A DNA stretch of 42,117 bases from Catajapyx aquilonaris (taxonomy: Eukaryota), in NCBI GenBank assembly GCA_000934665.2, contig JYFJ02000862.1, positions 62,001-104,117 on the forward strand. Reading direction: 5' to 3'. Every line of letters starts with the position of its first letter. The first letter of the stretch is position 1. Below the pieces are notes generated by a model. It was not told the DNA's origin and did not search any database. It saw nothing but the letters and a program-made list of their open reading frames with translations. A program made the translations under genes and the position numbers. Positions 24,802-38,976 of this stretch are shown in pieces.

Positions 24802-27800
24802 TTGAGACAATCTTAACCTGCAATTGGACGATGTTATGCAATAATGTGTCAACCCACAAAAATGTCAAAATTGAGTTAAGCCCAGGGACATAGTTTACTA
24901 AAAGGATCGTACTTCATTCAGGTAAAAATCAATCTGACGAAATCTTCATACTTCTGCCATAAATGACCGAAATGGACATTTCACAGGTGTGACATTCAAA
25001 GCCCTTTTTCTCACACCTGTTCTCGTGTGGGTTGACTCATTATTGCATAACACCGTCCAGTTATTACTCGTTCCTCTTCATCTGGGTCCGCACACCATTT
25101 TGTATAAAAATGTTAGAAGAGTCAAAAGGATTGTACTTTCCCAGCCGCACCCATTATTAAATATCACTTACATTATAGCTTACTTTCTAAATGACAATTC
25201 GTGACAGCAATATACACTTGGCAGGCAAATTAAGTGACACGAATGCAGTTTCCATTCTTTGACCCAGACATTTTCTGAGCCCTGACTGTTAGTGCACAAT
25301 AGTGAAGTCAAACCAATCAGTTACGTCAAATGCTCTAGTGAACACGATGATTGCTTCTGCAGATTTCTCTCTCTCCCTTATCGTGATACTCGCAACAATA
25401 TTGACCTCTTATCTCTCAAAAATGACTCGAACTGATCCCTACTAATATTTTCAAAAAAAACAACCCCTTTTCGTCTCCAATCCCAATACAACCGCAAATG
25501 AAAATTTGCACACCAAAACTTGGAAAGGGCCAGCATAATGAGAACATTAGGTGCGCACTCTCTCGCCGATTATGCAAAGCTGTCGGCAATCTCTGCGATT
25601 CCATCTGCAAACTGTCTCCGGCAACTCCAGAAGTTGCAGCCAGGAAGAGGAAGCTCGGGACAAGAAACCTTAATTGCAATTCCGCTAAGAAGCCTCCATG
25701 CCGGGAGAAATCGGGATAGAGTGAGGAAATTCACGACATATTTACTGTTAGCCCGCCATTTGGCCTACGGGTTTTGACAAATTTTCCTTTTGCTATGGGG
25801 AAGGGGCAGACACTGTGACATCTCCAGGATTACGCTAATATAATCACCCCTCCTACTATACTACAATAATGTAATCCATGTTGTGTAATCATGCGATTAT
25901 AATTCTCGTGATCCACGCAAGTATGGGGCTCGGGTCAGATTTTTGTGTGTGACCCATGCAGGCCATTATCTGCCATGCAACTAATTAAGCAATTAGTCGC
26001 ATGGTGCACAAATTATCAGATGATCTTGGCCAAACACGACAGAAAATAAGGGGACACTATATACGCATGGTGTGTTAACATGAGAGAACATTATTACGTG
26101 ATGATTCCAGGCGTCGTCGCATAATTTATGGTTTCCAATCACCTTGGCAGGCACGAAATGACCATGAGCTTGCTTCTTTTTATATAATTTGCTGGCTTTT
26201 AGCAACTATCTCTTACGAGATAAACAGCTTCTATACGGGGTGATACGTAGTCCAAGTTGTTTACTCCAGCAACCAAAGACATCAACAATCAAGACGTGCT
26301 TATCTTTAACAGGTTGCTGGGGTCATCAATCAACAACTTCTTCCCTGCCCTCCTCTTAAATATATAGTAGTGCATCGCCCTGTAGTGTAGAGAACGGACT
26401 TTATCATTTAAAAAACAGTTTCGCAATAATGGCAAAAAAATTGGCAACATCGGACTGGGAATTGCGTCAACAAAATGTCGGAATCGCGATATTGGCAAGG
26501 TTCCTGGAAAAATTTCGCACAAAATTATATTATTACAGCTAATTTTAAGTTAGCAGCACTACTATACAATTTCCTGGCATTCTGTTCCTTCACACTGCAT
26601 TTTTTTATTTTAAAAAAACAACCCACAGAATGGACGGTAATTTCCACAATTTGGTAAACTACCGTGGGAAATAACTTGCGTAGATAAGGAAGTGTATACA
26701 AAAATAATTATCTCCGAGATAACGACCTATCTTTTGCACCTATTCTCCGCCTGACTTATAAATCAGCCTAAAATGTGCATAGTTCACTGCCTGAGGCGAG
26801 GAGAAGCGGCCATCTTTCAGCACAAATCCATTTTACCCCTAGGCTAAGTAAGGGGGGGATCTTGATATCATTAAAGTAGGGGTCATTACACACAATGGTT
26901 TCCAAAACCTTACATCACTCCCCTATTCCTTCCTAGTTTTCCGAGCCAAACATCCCCAAGAATGTCCATAACTGCCTAGTTTACTGTGTCACAATACAAC
27001 AAAAGGTCCATCCCAGGCCATTACTCCCAGTTTGCCTTCTTCGATGATGACAGAATGTAAAGGGGAGGTGAGTCGACCATTCTGGTGTAGAAACAAACGA
27101 CCCACCTGCCCTCCCCATCCCCAGCAAGCCCAACTCCTTATCCAAGCAAGGTCAATACCCCTTTGCTCAGCCGCTAAACTTAATACGGATGCGCCTTCAC
27201 AAATGGCTGGGTTAGAGAGAGAGAGAGAGCCCCCCAGAACTAGTATGGTGGACACCGGAAGAGAACAATCGACATATACAACCCCCCCGAATGATCCAGG
27301 CTGAGTGAAAAACACTGTTGGCAACTTGGCAAGGCCCTTCCAGTGCCAAATGGAGGTGTTGTTGTAAGAAGAGGGGCAATACCACACAATGCGGGCGAGT
27401 GTCACATAAATGTGAGAACAAAAAAAAAAAACATTTGTCCATTAACGAAAGCTAACAAATCAGACGAAGTTGCCGGCAGATAAGTGGTGATTCTGCAAAT
27501 TTGCAAATAATTCATGCGAACAATCCGTGTGAATGAATATCAGTAGTGTCTACACATCCTAACTTCTCAAAAAAAAATAGGCATGGCCTATAAATATTGC
27601 GATCTCTGTGGTTAATCCACACAAAATATCATTTCTTTTGTACCGCACTGTACCCACCTATCTGATTGGTGAACAGAGTTCCCTATACCAATCAGATTGG
27701 TTAGGGTGCCTGGTGTGGATTGGAGGGGGAGAGGTGACCTATTCCCTTTGTTGAGAATCTGTGGGTACTGTAACAGCACGCAGAAAATATCGCAATTTCA

Positions 27801-30800
27801 CAATTCCGTATACGTAACACCAAATAATGCTCTAAATTGCATCACACAAACAAGCGCAGCAGAAAATAAGTGTCGCAAAAATATACTGTACGCGCCGCTA
27901 AAGCAGCATCCTCCATTATAATTTATACCGTATCATTATTTTAGTAATTGCTATTTCGGCTGCAGACCACTGGAGCATAAAAATGCGTGGTGCCAAGGTA
28001 TATATAAAAAAACACACACACACACACCATGGCTTCCAAGTCTTGGGGGGCATCACCTCCCTCGTAATTAAATCGGCTGGGGTCAAAAATTTTGTTTGGC
28101 GCAAAAATGCAACGCATCGTAATTATGAATAATTATGCTAAGTGAATAAAGTCGCTTTAATCTTTCGGAGTCAGACGCGAGTCCCAGAGAGCAGACACAA
28201 TACCTGCACAGAAAACCGCAAGCTCGACAATGGAAAATGACAGAAATGTATAGCAGAAAAGTCATCTATGTATTCAATTGCACATAGCCTGTACAGGGTG
28301 AGTCAAAAGGTTATGCCCAATCGTATATAGATGGGATCGACACTGCAACTTAGCATTGTGTATACATAAAAATAAAAATTTAATAAATTATAAAAATTTC
28401 GACCCCCTGCCATTATGTGAACCCTTCCTAATCTAACTCTTAAAAAGTACATATGAAAAACCGGAAGTGGAGGGGGCGGGATGGTTGTGACCTCCAGGAC
28501 CTGACACGACAACTAGGGGAGGATGCAATAAGAATTGGCGGGGTTAAAAACACGCCCCACCCACCACCCCAGTCTCTCTCTCTCTCTATTCCCTCCCTGA
28601 CAATACAGAACACTGCCCCTTTCCCTCAGCAGACATCCAAAAAGACCGGATCTCGTGGGAGCCCTATTGGTACTTTTGGCCCACAGCATCTGGATTTTTT
28701 ATCCTTACACTTTTTTTTTTCACCACACGACCCCAACTTGGCACTGCCCATTTGGGATTGTCAGAAAGGGGGTGAGGGTCTTGTTTTTGCTCGGGTCTGT
28801 CCCCCCTCACGTGGGAATATAAAATTCGGATGAATTAAAAAAAAAACACCTGGTCCAAGCTGTTTACATACAGGGTGATTAAAAAGTCGCGAGGGAAGGC
28901 GAAAGGCGACTGGACAAAAACCATGGGGACATATCCTGAGGTAGAAAAGTTTTTGGAGGTATGGACCCTGAGGAAGTAGCCCCTAAGTGCTGGTTAACTG
29001 GATAAAAGAGTACGGAAAGAGACAGGTCCATTAAATCCCTGCAATATTAGATTTACAAGTGAACTTCAAAGTTCAAGTAGGCCTATAACTTATAATGCCT
29101 TGGCTCTTGGCTTGGTTTCCAAGTGCACTCAGCCAACTGGGGAATGGGAATAAGATGACTGAAAATGTGACACTATTTTATTGAATTTTCTCGCTGTAAT
29201 AGTTTCATTCAGTACATGGGTTTTACGCGGTTCTTATTGAAGTAGAATAAAGCCACCGACGCACATTTGCTGCTTACATTATAATTATATGGTAAATGAC
29301 GTGGCAAGTATATAATATAATGTACACTATTACTCTTTAAAATATTTTGGATCAATATTTCACTTAAAGAGTGACGGACAATGGTCATGATAGTTTTTAG
29401 TGATATTTGGAAGAAAAAAAAAACGTGATTGAAATCATTCGCATACTAAAAATATTGAATGACAAGGAGCTGACCATTAAATGAAAGTGTGAATATCCTC
29501 AATAATTTTCCATGTAAGTTTATGTCTGGGTGTAAACTATTGCTTAAGGCCTATAAATATGACGAAGATATGTCGTAAACAACCACACCATATTGTTCCC
29601 CCATCCTCTGGACTCACCTCTGACAGTGAATATGAGATTTGGAAAGAGAGAGAAAAAAACAGCTCTCGTGACACCTAATATGGAACATTGGCTGAAGTTT
29701 GTGTATAGGCGTCTATACGCCTACAAGTGCGGAAGTGTACCATCAACGCACCTCGTAGTATACAACATTGTCCCTGAGAGAGGGGATACCCTATATACAC
29801 GATATCCCAAAGCGGCCTGACCCCTTTGGACGCCTGTAGTGGCGGAACAAAAAGTTTAATTCGACAAAGGTAGTTCCATCTGATGCATTTGTATACGGAC
29901 AAAAAAACAGGTTACAGCAGAATCTGAGAGAGCCCATTGTGTATAGGTTGTACAGTACACGAACTGCAAACACAAAGGTGACTAGTGGCTCCGGCCAATG
30001 AGATTGGCCATCTTGCCGAAACCAGCCTTGGAATCAAGTTCTGTACCATGTAACATGCAAATAATCCGGAAACAAGGCTCAGTATTTTCAAGTAAGTCCG
30101 CACCTGTAGTCCACACTGTATGCCGTTTAATTTTCATAGGAATTGTTTCGTCCGCTTGTCTCTCCGGAGTTGGCAACCAGAGTTTTGAAACTTTACATTG
30201 TGATAGGTCATGGTCAGGGGACGCCTATGGAACTGTAGGAGAAACATAGTCCGTCCAGCCTTTGGGGTAGTCAAAGGGGTCATATATGTCGTCCTTTATG
30301 CCCGTTTTGGTACCGGTTCTTTCTGATTTGTTTAATTACTCGGCAACGGTAATTTCGTTCCGTCCAGCAACGGGGAGGAGAAAATATGATGTACGGGAGA
30401 AAATATTGCTGTTTGTGCAACGCCTGCTCTAGTACATTAGCTATTTCAAAATGCACACGTGAGGGACCAGAAGTAATGGTAGGTATACGCATTGAGAAAA
30501 TAATTACTATCATGTACATTTTGAGGGTGAATCCCCAACGATCAAATCATACGGATTCTTGCGTGAATCATCTCGTCCGTTTGCATCGGAATGTCCGACC
30601 CCTCGGATCCCTCAGTACATTGGCACAAGCTTGGTTGTCAGAAGAAAACACAGGGCTTCCCGTGATTTGGCAATCACTCCGTACTTGGTGCGACGGAAAC
30701 ATGCAGCAATATAAATAATGGCAGACATGAAGTTGGGCCCCCAGCTTTCAAGATGGATGGTGGCGACGATTGCCATCTACAGACTCGTTGCAGCGTCACA

Positions 30801-32112
30801 ATAAATAAGGGGAGGGGGTTTGCAGAGGCTAAGAGTAATTGCAGGTGAGGGTGATTACCCTTCACGTGAAGACAAATTAGTCCGCATTAAGAGAGCAGCT
30901 CCGCAAAAGAGGGCTTCCGACGGCTGCCAGTCGTTTAGTGACAGCTCACGGAAGCCCCCCGACAAAGTGATGAATGCAAAACGCTCCCTGTTCATAACCG
31001 TCGATGGGAGCTCCTTCATTAAGTCGCGAATTATTGTGCGTCAACTTCACTTTGCTCTGGCTATACGTCGCATCAGGTCTGGGAAACTCCAAGGGTGTTA
31101 CGTGATATGCCCAGCTCTCTCCATCACGTATATAGAACTAACTACGAGCAATTTTCCAAATATTAGGCTGCAGCAGGGTGATTCAGTACAAGGTGTCTCA
31201 CTGTTCGTAGCCCTCAGGACAAATATACAACCTCGCACGTTATAACTCCATTGTCCCATACCCCCTCTCATCTCATCAGGATTCTCACCATGCATGCCCA
31301 TTTCCATATCTGGACCGTAACTCCCATACACAAGGTAACCTCCCTGCAGCACACATTTTCTATGAGGAGAGCAAGCTCATCAGTTCTTAATCTCAAAGGA
31401 ACTCCCCAATTAGCGTAGTGTATTTCTTCGCTTCTCACTCTGATGAAATTTTCAGGGGGCCTCCCTCTTCCTTGGCGGACTTGCAACCCTATAAACCAGG
31501 TTCATGCATGCGGAGGATGTCAAGATAACGCTCTTAAAGCGCGGGTCCCAACTTGCTCCGGCTCTTTGCGGTAATCAGCCGGCAGCTGGATCCTTATAAT
31601 GATACACCCAGCTTTACTTTACTCTGATATGCAAATGCATGCGCTTAACTTGATTACTCCATGTGCAGTTGCGTAAATGAGCGACACTTTCCAAAGCAAA
31701 TTTCATTTCTGGCGGGGACTAGGATGGAAGAGGTGGAAAGTATAGAGGGGGAAAAAAAGAGGGTGGTGGAAGAAGAAGAAGAAAAAAAAAAGTTGGAAGA
31801 TACTTCATTTGAGGGATACCACGTTTACCTCCAGCGCACCATCTTATCTCGGCTGAAACAACAACATCGTCCTGCATTCATCTCGACTCCTGGGCCCAAG
31901 ATTGACGTCAGAATGTGCTTGTAAGAGGTGGCGCTGGTCGACACTTCCGGTTTATTGCTTGGCTCCCAGGGAACCGTGGAAGCCAGATGAAAAAGAGATT
32001 CAGTATACAGTAATGCACTTTATACCTGCTAGCTAAGAATACGAGCTCTGCATGATGATGCTAATGCCTTGCACTTTTATAGTGTAACATTCGGTCCTTC
32101 CAGGGAGATATA

Positions 32113-32325
32113 CAGGGTAGTGCACTGACCAGGTAAAAAAAAAATTCTCCCTTGAGAGAAACACACAGAAACATTTGTTATTTGTTCAGTAACTTTATGG
32201 CAATGACTTTCCTATTGTCGTCATAACCAGTGACCCAAACTTGCAAATTCAGGGTTGCAGACTGGCTGAACAATTCAACTTCTTCCCTTTCCCACCTTGT
32301 GAAGTCGAGCAATTGTACCACCCTG
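32113..32325. mobile_element. Tc1/mariner-type MITE (213 bp)
   Basis: TA|CAGGGTAGTGCA ... TGTACCACCCTG|TA: 12-bp TIR with 2 mismatches, TA on both sides, same CAGGGT terminus as the 12833 element. Confidence 0.55.
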
Positions 32326-35300
32326 TATGTGCTGCAGGCAAAACACACACATTAGGACATAAAATCTGCAAAAACAACAGGACGCCCTCTAGTATAGCGA
32401 CCGCATTGTTGAAACTGATAATTCTATTATTATCGTGGGCGGAATTTGCAAAAAAAAAAAACGTGTCCTTCCCACAGGTACTACATTAAAATTAATAAAT
32501 TGTAGCGACATAGTCAATGCCACAATTAAATAGCAGCAATTATAAGCTCTTTCGGACTAATGCTGCCATGCTCACTTGCTGAATCTGATTTTCCGACTCG
32601 TTGAGCTCCTGCATAACTCGGAATCGGCTAATTGATTTAACTGCAATCCAGCACAGGTTGTCCGACAGCCATTTATGGACAGGAATGCACCAAGCATTTT
32701 ACCCCGATCCTTTTGTACAAAAATTCTTGGTTATACATAAGCAGTAAATCTTGCCAAATTACACGCGATGTGAATCAATCGATGTCCTTGTTTTTTTTCT
32801 TTCCAAGATTATAAATAACTCCACCGGAATGAGCCTATTAACGACTGTATAAACGATTCAGTGGTAATAAGGAACTTGGGACTGGAAATTTTGAAATACT
32901 GTATTATATTATAATGTTAATGTCGACCCAGCTGTTTAAGAGCATTTAACATGAATTGACTCGGCTTTAACTGTATTTACTATTAGTGAACCGGGCATTG
33001 GACATGTATCCCTCCAGGCCTATTCACCATAGTCTTTCTTCTTCTTTTTTTTTACCCCATTCCTTTGGCCTGTCATTCAGAATTTCTCCGGACAACCAGC
33101 GCAGAAAATTAAGGTTGGCCCCGAAGCACGCCATTTTGGAGATGGAATGGCAGACATAAAAGTAGTGCCACCCAAGGAAAAGCCAGTCTTTCTCTCCCCC
33201 TCTTTGCGTCTGCATACGCTTCTGCCCCAAAGCCTGATTTCCTCAGTAATACGGACGTGCTTGAATTTTTAACCGACTCTATACGACTCAAGTCCCTGTG
33301 TCGTTAGACAGATTATTTCCCTTGGAATAACCGCGAAAACAGTGTGAAACGGCCAGTCTCACACTGAATCTTCCTTGGCCCCTTCTCCGGGCTTACTTGT
33401 CCTCATAAAAGTCGCATTGAGAGGTCGCCAATTCCAGTTCAAAACTTCTGGAGCCCGACCGACGGCGACGGTTACATTTTTCCAACATGGAGGGCCTTTA
33501 AATAATTAGCCAGCTCTCACGGCTTCATGAGGAAGTTTTTCTCATAATTCACCAAGCGCCGGGGTTTACAAAGTGGCAATTAAATACGAAGGCAGGTCTC
33601 ATACTCTGAGAATTTGCGAAGACAAATACTCCTATTTGGCGCGGTGATTAGCCTCGCGATTTTTCCCCTGCCTGCTTAGCAAGTCACGTTTACTAACAAC
33701 GTCTATATATCGTCGCAGCGATTCACATAACACGGTTGTATCAATTGACAACAACGACAATAGTTAAAAGAAATGGTGGGCAAGGGAAGTCCCCGTTACA
33801 TTAACAGATTAGTCAGGACTTTACCTCCAGATCCTACCAAACCAGGTCGGGTTTTTCACCACGTCGATGGCAATTTCCGCTACCAGAGAGGAACTTGGCT
33901 TCAACGCTACGCATCCGCCAGTTCATTTCTGGTTAGAAAATGACAGGAAACGTGAAGGAAAAAATCACGGTTGAGCTCATCCGTTTACATTATGAAGATT
34001 TTAGCAACTGTTATGGAAATCATCCGTTCCCGGAACGAATGAAACTAGTTTTCCTTTCAAGGTGTGAAGAAGGCTTATTTTGACGCACCGATGCATGTTT
34101 CGAATAAAAACCAGAACAAATATTGCAAATATGACCCTCCTCTTAATTCCAAGCCTGCGAATGAAAAACAAGGGGTCCATTGTCTCCAAGTTTTCAAAAC
34201 AGGTACGCATACCCTTTAATCACGAAGAAGCCTCGTACACTGACTCCTCATACTGTCTTACTGGCCTGTGGTACGGTTTTTCCTCGAGTGCAAAACAACC
34301 CAAGCCAGCCTTTCATTACTCATCTCCTAGTTTTTTTTGTGTGTGTTCAGAGGATTCGCACACCGCAAAAAAAACGGGGGTCCACACGTGACTCGATCCC
34401 GAAATTCTTCATGCAGAAAATCCACCTCGCAATTTAATGTTATAAAGTCAAGTTGGCCAGGTCAGTAAACGCCCTTGCAACATGCTGAGTTCAGTAATCG
34501 TTCCATTCTAAACGTCTCTATGCCGTTACGATTTATTTACCTCAGAGTCAGAGTGAAACGGACGAAAGTTCACCAAAAGGAGGTTTTGCATGCGTCGTAA
34601 TGAAGCATTCACATGGGCACAGGGCCAAGACTACTCAGGGGACAACTAATTCACCCAATTTCGAGGAATAATTGAATTTAAATGTGTAATAACATTAAAA
34701 ATAAGTTGCAAAATTAAGCGAGCTGCCTAAATTATGGCAGGAAACAACTTTGACCTACTGAAAGCCTCAAACACCAATTGCGAACAGGATCTATATTTAT
34801 GACATTTTCATAGAGGAAATTCGAGCAAAACATTTCGCAATTACACACTTTATATAAAAAAAACTACGGCTTCCTTACACAACAACGATATGAATTCAAG
34901 TTTCACGACTTTTTTTTCTGACAAACTAGCTTCCGGAACTTGCTACTCAAAACACACTTTTTTTCTCACTTGACCGATCTGAAACATTCTGAGCAGCTTT
35001 TGTAACATATTCTTTTACATCTTTGCAGCTGAATGATACGCTGATGAATGAAACCTCGATATGACATAGCAAAAAAAGCTGTCTTTTACACCTTCCGGAA
35101 CAACCACACTCGGGATGTGGGTGGGGTCTCTTGCGGTGGTAGGAAGGAAGTGGAGATATCTTTTCCATACACACCGGCAAGTCATTGAATCTCCGCCACG
35201 TTTTAACTGGGTGTCAAATCAGGACTCATAAAAAAAATCCTGCAATGTTCACACGGGATTTTCAGTACAATCTGTCAAATTTCAGCCAAATGTATCATGG

Positions 35301-38300
35301 AGCTATGCAACCATCATTACGTAACAAAATGGGTCATATTATAAACAGCAATTTACAACTCATTTTAAATTGTAAGTATGCAAATTGCGTAATCGCATTC
35401 ATTTGAATAAAGCGACATTTAAAAAATCTTACAGCCCCATCCATTTCAGAAAGTATCTCCTTGAGTGGCAAGAATAATTCCGCCCCCGACTCATGCCAAC
35501 AGTACACCACATACTTGTTATTAAACGTCCCCCCCCAGTAGCAGTAGTAGTGCTCGTCTAATGGACTAGTCCTGGACTGGGTAATAAGCTCGTATAAGTG
35601 GGTTGAGAGGACAATATGTGGCCTGTGAAAGCTTAACCCTTTCCAACCCATCTCTCTTTTTGTTAATGAGCCTCTTTTGAGGTGTCCCTCACTCCACCAG
35701 AATCCCTTTTAGAACCACGACTTGCACTCTTTGCACTGTACAGTCTGCAGCTTCTGGAAGGCAACTTGATACTCTTGGGAAGATTACTCATTACGACGGC
35801 CCTAAAATATATCACCAGAATAACAAGTTCGACTGTTCTTTAAAAAATTTGATTCTGGTTACATATCCGCCCTTTAAAAAATTGTCTCATGCTCGGAGGT
35901 CATGTAAGGGCGGACAACTCAAAGAAATGGCTCGAGTCCAAAATATATCAAGTGGCAGGCCTTGCAATTCGCCATGCATAAGAGTATGTCGGAGACTGAC
36001 TGAATCGTAAACAGTGCACATTAATATTAACAATGTTGTTCGGTTCGTGTCTTCCGTACTGCAACAACAAGATAACAGCGCGGCTATCTGCGGAAGGCCT
36101 TTGTGTGATAAAGCTTACTTTGCAAACTCGCAGTGACGGCTAGTTTCCAGGCTAATATTAAAATATTAAGCCCTGTAATTGCTTTACCTTCCGTACCTAT
36201 CACAATAATAGTCACATCAGCAATGGACTGCTGTGTGAATAAGCTGTTATGTCTGATAAAATTATTTTATATTAGACAAAGCAAGATGTCACAATTATAA
36301 ATAGCCACATAATCTTCACTTTAGTCGCACATCAATTACAATCTCATATCACCAATCATGAACAGTATTCAGCAATGTTATTGAAACAATGTGAAAATCC
36401 CGCAATCCCACGTAATTGTAGCGAGCGTGTTTCGGAGTGGCACAATCTGTGCTAACATAACTACAAGCTGAGAACGTCCTTTATTCATGACCTTCCTCGT
36501 AAAAGACGATAAGAGTACTGCGCTGCATATCTTTTTAAGAGTTGGATCCCAGCCATGTCAAAAGCTCTATCAAAACAGAAATAAAAATCACAATAGCAAC
36601 AAAAAAAAAAAGCTGGGGTAAAGGCATCGAAGTCAGCTGGAAATTATTGGCACATGTTTTAAGAGCAGATAATCCGCAAAAGATTGCTCACATTCAAAAC
36701 TATCGAGCCAACATTTTGTGCTTATGGCTTTCGATTACAGCAATTTTGTTGTTCTTGAGCGTTGATCACACTACATTTTGAAGCAAACTTTCCTGAGTTG
36801 GGTTTATCGAAGTCTGTGTGGCTTCTGAGAGAAGGCTTGAGCCCGCAATATTCTTGACTCCTCGTCCGATCAATAAACAAGCATGGCGGCAAGAGGGTAA
36901 AAAAGTTATAACTTACAAGCTTCGTCCCTCCAAACCATATTGGCACGGAAGGGCACTGTAATATGCAGGCTCGTAATGAGTAATGCAAATAATTTTTGCA
37001 GCAAAGTCCTGGGCTTCTTTAGAATGAAAATGTAAAATTGTATATAAGTAAAAAAAAAAATGTGACCTCTAAACTTGTTATGCAATTTGAGTTAGTTTTA
37101 ATTTGTTCCGTTAAACCATTGCAAATGTTTAAAACATTAGAGCAAGACTACTGTGCTCGCCATTTGTAAGATGGTTCCGGGTACACCTCATAAAATTATT
37201 TTCATAATGTGACGTGCAACATGACCATTTTGACAACTTCCAACGATTGCTGGGGTAAACAACCCACGAATTATTCCTTCGAACAGCGGATTTTGGTAGG
37301 GTGCACTGGAATAAGAACTCGTGCTTTTGAAGAAAAAATCTCGGCATTTATGATGCCATTCGCACAGTCGATGACAAACGGAGATATGGCGGCAAATGAC
37401 ATTCACACGTACTGCTCGAAGACGTCGTGAGAACAAGGCGAGAGTGATCAACAGGTCGATGAATTGGAGTGGGCTCCTGTGTGTCTGACAAAAGGCCTAT
37501 ATCTCTCATTCATTTCTTTCCATTCAAGGCAAGTCTTTCAGTCGAGCTCCTTGTTATACTTTCTTCACGGCGGAGTTTACTTACCAAACACATTGTGTTT
37601 GTCGTGACCTGTATTATTAAAGGTGAGCACACAAGAAAAGGGGGGAGATTCATTGAGCCTTGGAAGTTCCCCCCCTTTCCAGGCTATTAACTCGAATTGG
37701 AAAGGCACCAATTTAAAACAAAAGGTATATACAGCAGGCTGGGTATATGCAAGTCCCAAATAACTTGGGCTGGACATTCACCAAACGGCAGAAATTGACG
37801 GGCCAATGTACTAGTCTAGCCAATTTTCTATTTCCTCAGGCAGAGAATGGCATTTTTGTGTAGTACTGTACAGTACACGCGGTGATCAGAGAACCGCAAC
37901 AGACTATAATCACGCGCATGATTCCGTTTTCGTCACAGGGTGGTGCAAAAATTGACGGATTCTTAGGGGTTCCTTACGAAGTTCAACGTCAGACGAAATT
38001 GGCCAATTGATTTTGGTGCTTTCAGATTAATTACGAAGATAAGCTTACATTAACAGTTTAGTCACACTCTTGGTCACACTTGAATAAAATGGCATATCCT
38101 GCAGGTTATGCAACCCTCAATCACCTTACCAAGTCGAATATTACCATGCAATTATCTCCACAATAAAATCAAGCATTCGTGCCATAAAGTACATGAATTA
38201 CGCCCCAAATTTTGAGCCACAACGATGGGTTCAGTCGCCAAAAATATATGCTCCAATTTCACTGTAACAAAAGCCTGTGTGAAAACTGGTAACATTTCTT

Positions 38301-38976
38301 TCAAAAATTGCTCATAAAAATCCTTCAATATAATCTCGTCCTGCGAGCACCCAAAATTTTTGAGATTCCTGCCATAACTTAATACACACGCAAGCGCCTT
38401 ATCTGCTCAAATTGTCCTGATAGCGTGTGATTTTCGCTCTTTTTGATTCCAAAAATATATATAAAAAAACTAAGGGGGTGGGACTCTTCAATTTTTTGGG
38501 GGGGTTTTCTTCATCTTCTTGTCCCACCTTTGGGTCCAAAAATATGAGCGCCTTCCCAACTCCTCAGCCATAGACAGGGCATATGACGCGGAAATTACAG
38601 GTTGAGAAAGCTGGATGGAAATGCCTCTGAAACTACCGCCTAGGAAGAAGACCAACTGAAGTACAGAAAAAAAAAAAAAGCAGCCAGACTTTGGGAATCT
38701 GTTCCCCTCACCCGATGGCGCCAAATGGATTTCCGCCTCTCGACAAAACCTACATTTTCACCAAACGTAACCTACTCACCTACAACAGGATTTTTCTTTA
38801 CTTCTTTTTTTCTTTTTCTTTCGATTTGAGCGCTTGGCTGCCATTCAAGTGTGCAACCTGAAGCTTCCAGCGTGTAGAAAGTCAATTTTAAGAATGGGTT
38901 TGGTGCTTACACCTACTCTATTCTTTTCGGCGCAATAAATCATCTTCAATAATAATGTGAGGAGAACTGGACCTAC

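Larger units (their letters stand above)
10056..38976 (-). other. TRAP1 giant intron (28,921 bp, phase 1)
   Basis: GT..AG bounded. The flanking exons join in frame and give contiguous TRAP1-like sequence with no missing residues apparent. Confidence 0.78.

Noticed and set aside
28195..28250. Recursive-splicing AG|GT site (TTTTCTGTGCAG|GTATTG) in the giant intron
   Set aside because: The donor half is weak compared with the GTAAGT typical of ratchet points, and such matches are expected by chance in 29 kb.
31098..31352. Gly/Met-rich ORF (GGYLVYGSYGPDMEMGMHG...) as a nested exon
   Set aside because: No recognisable homology, and it lies between degenerate CAGGG termini suggesting an old MITE.
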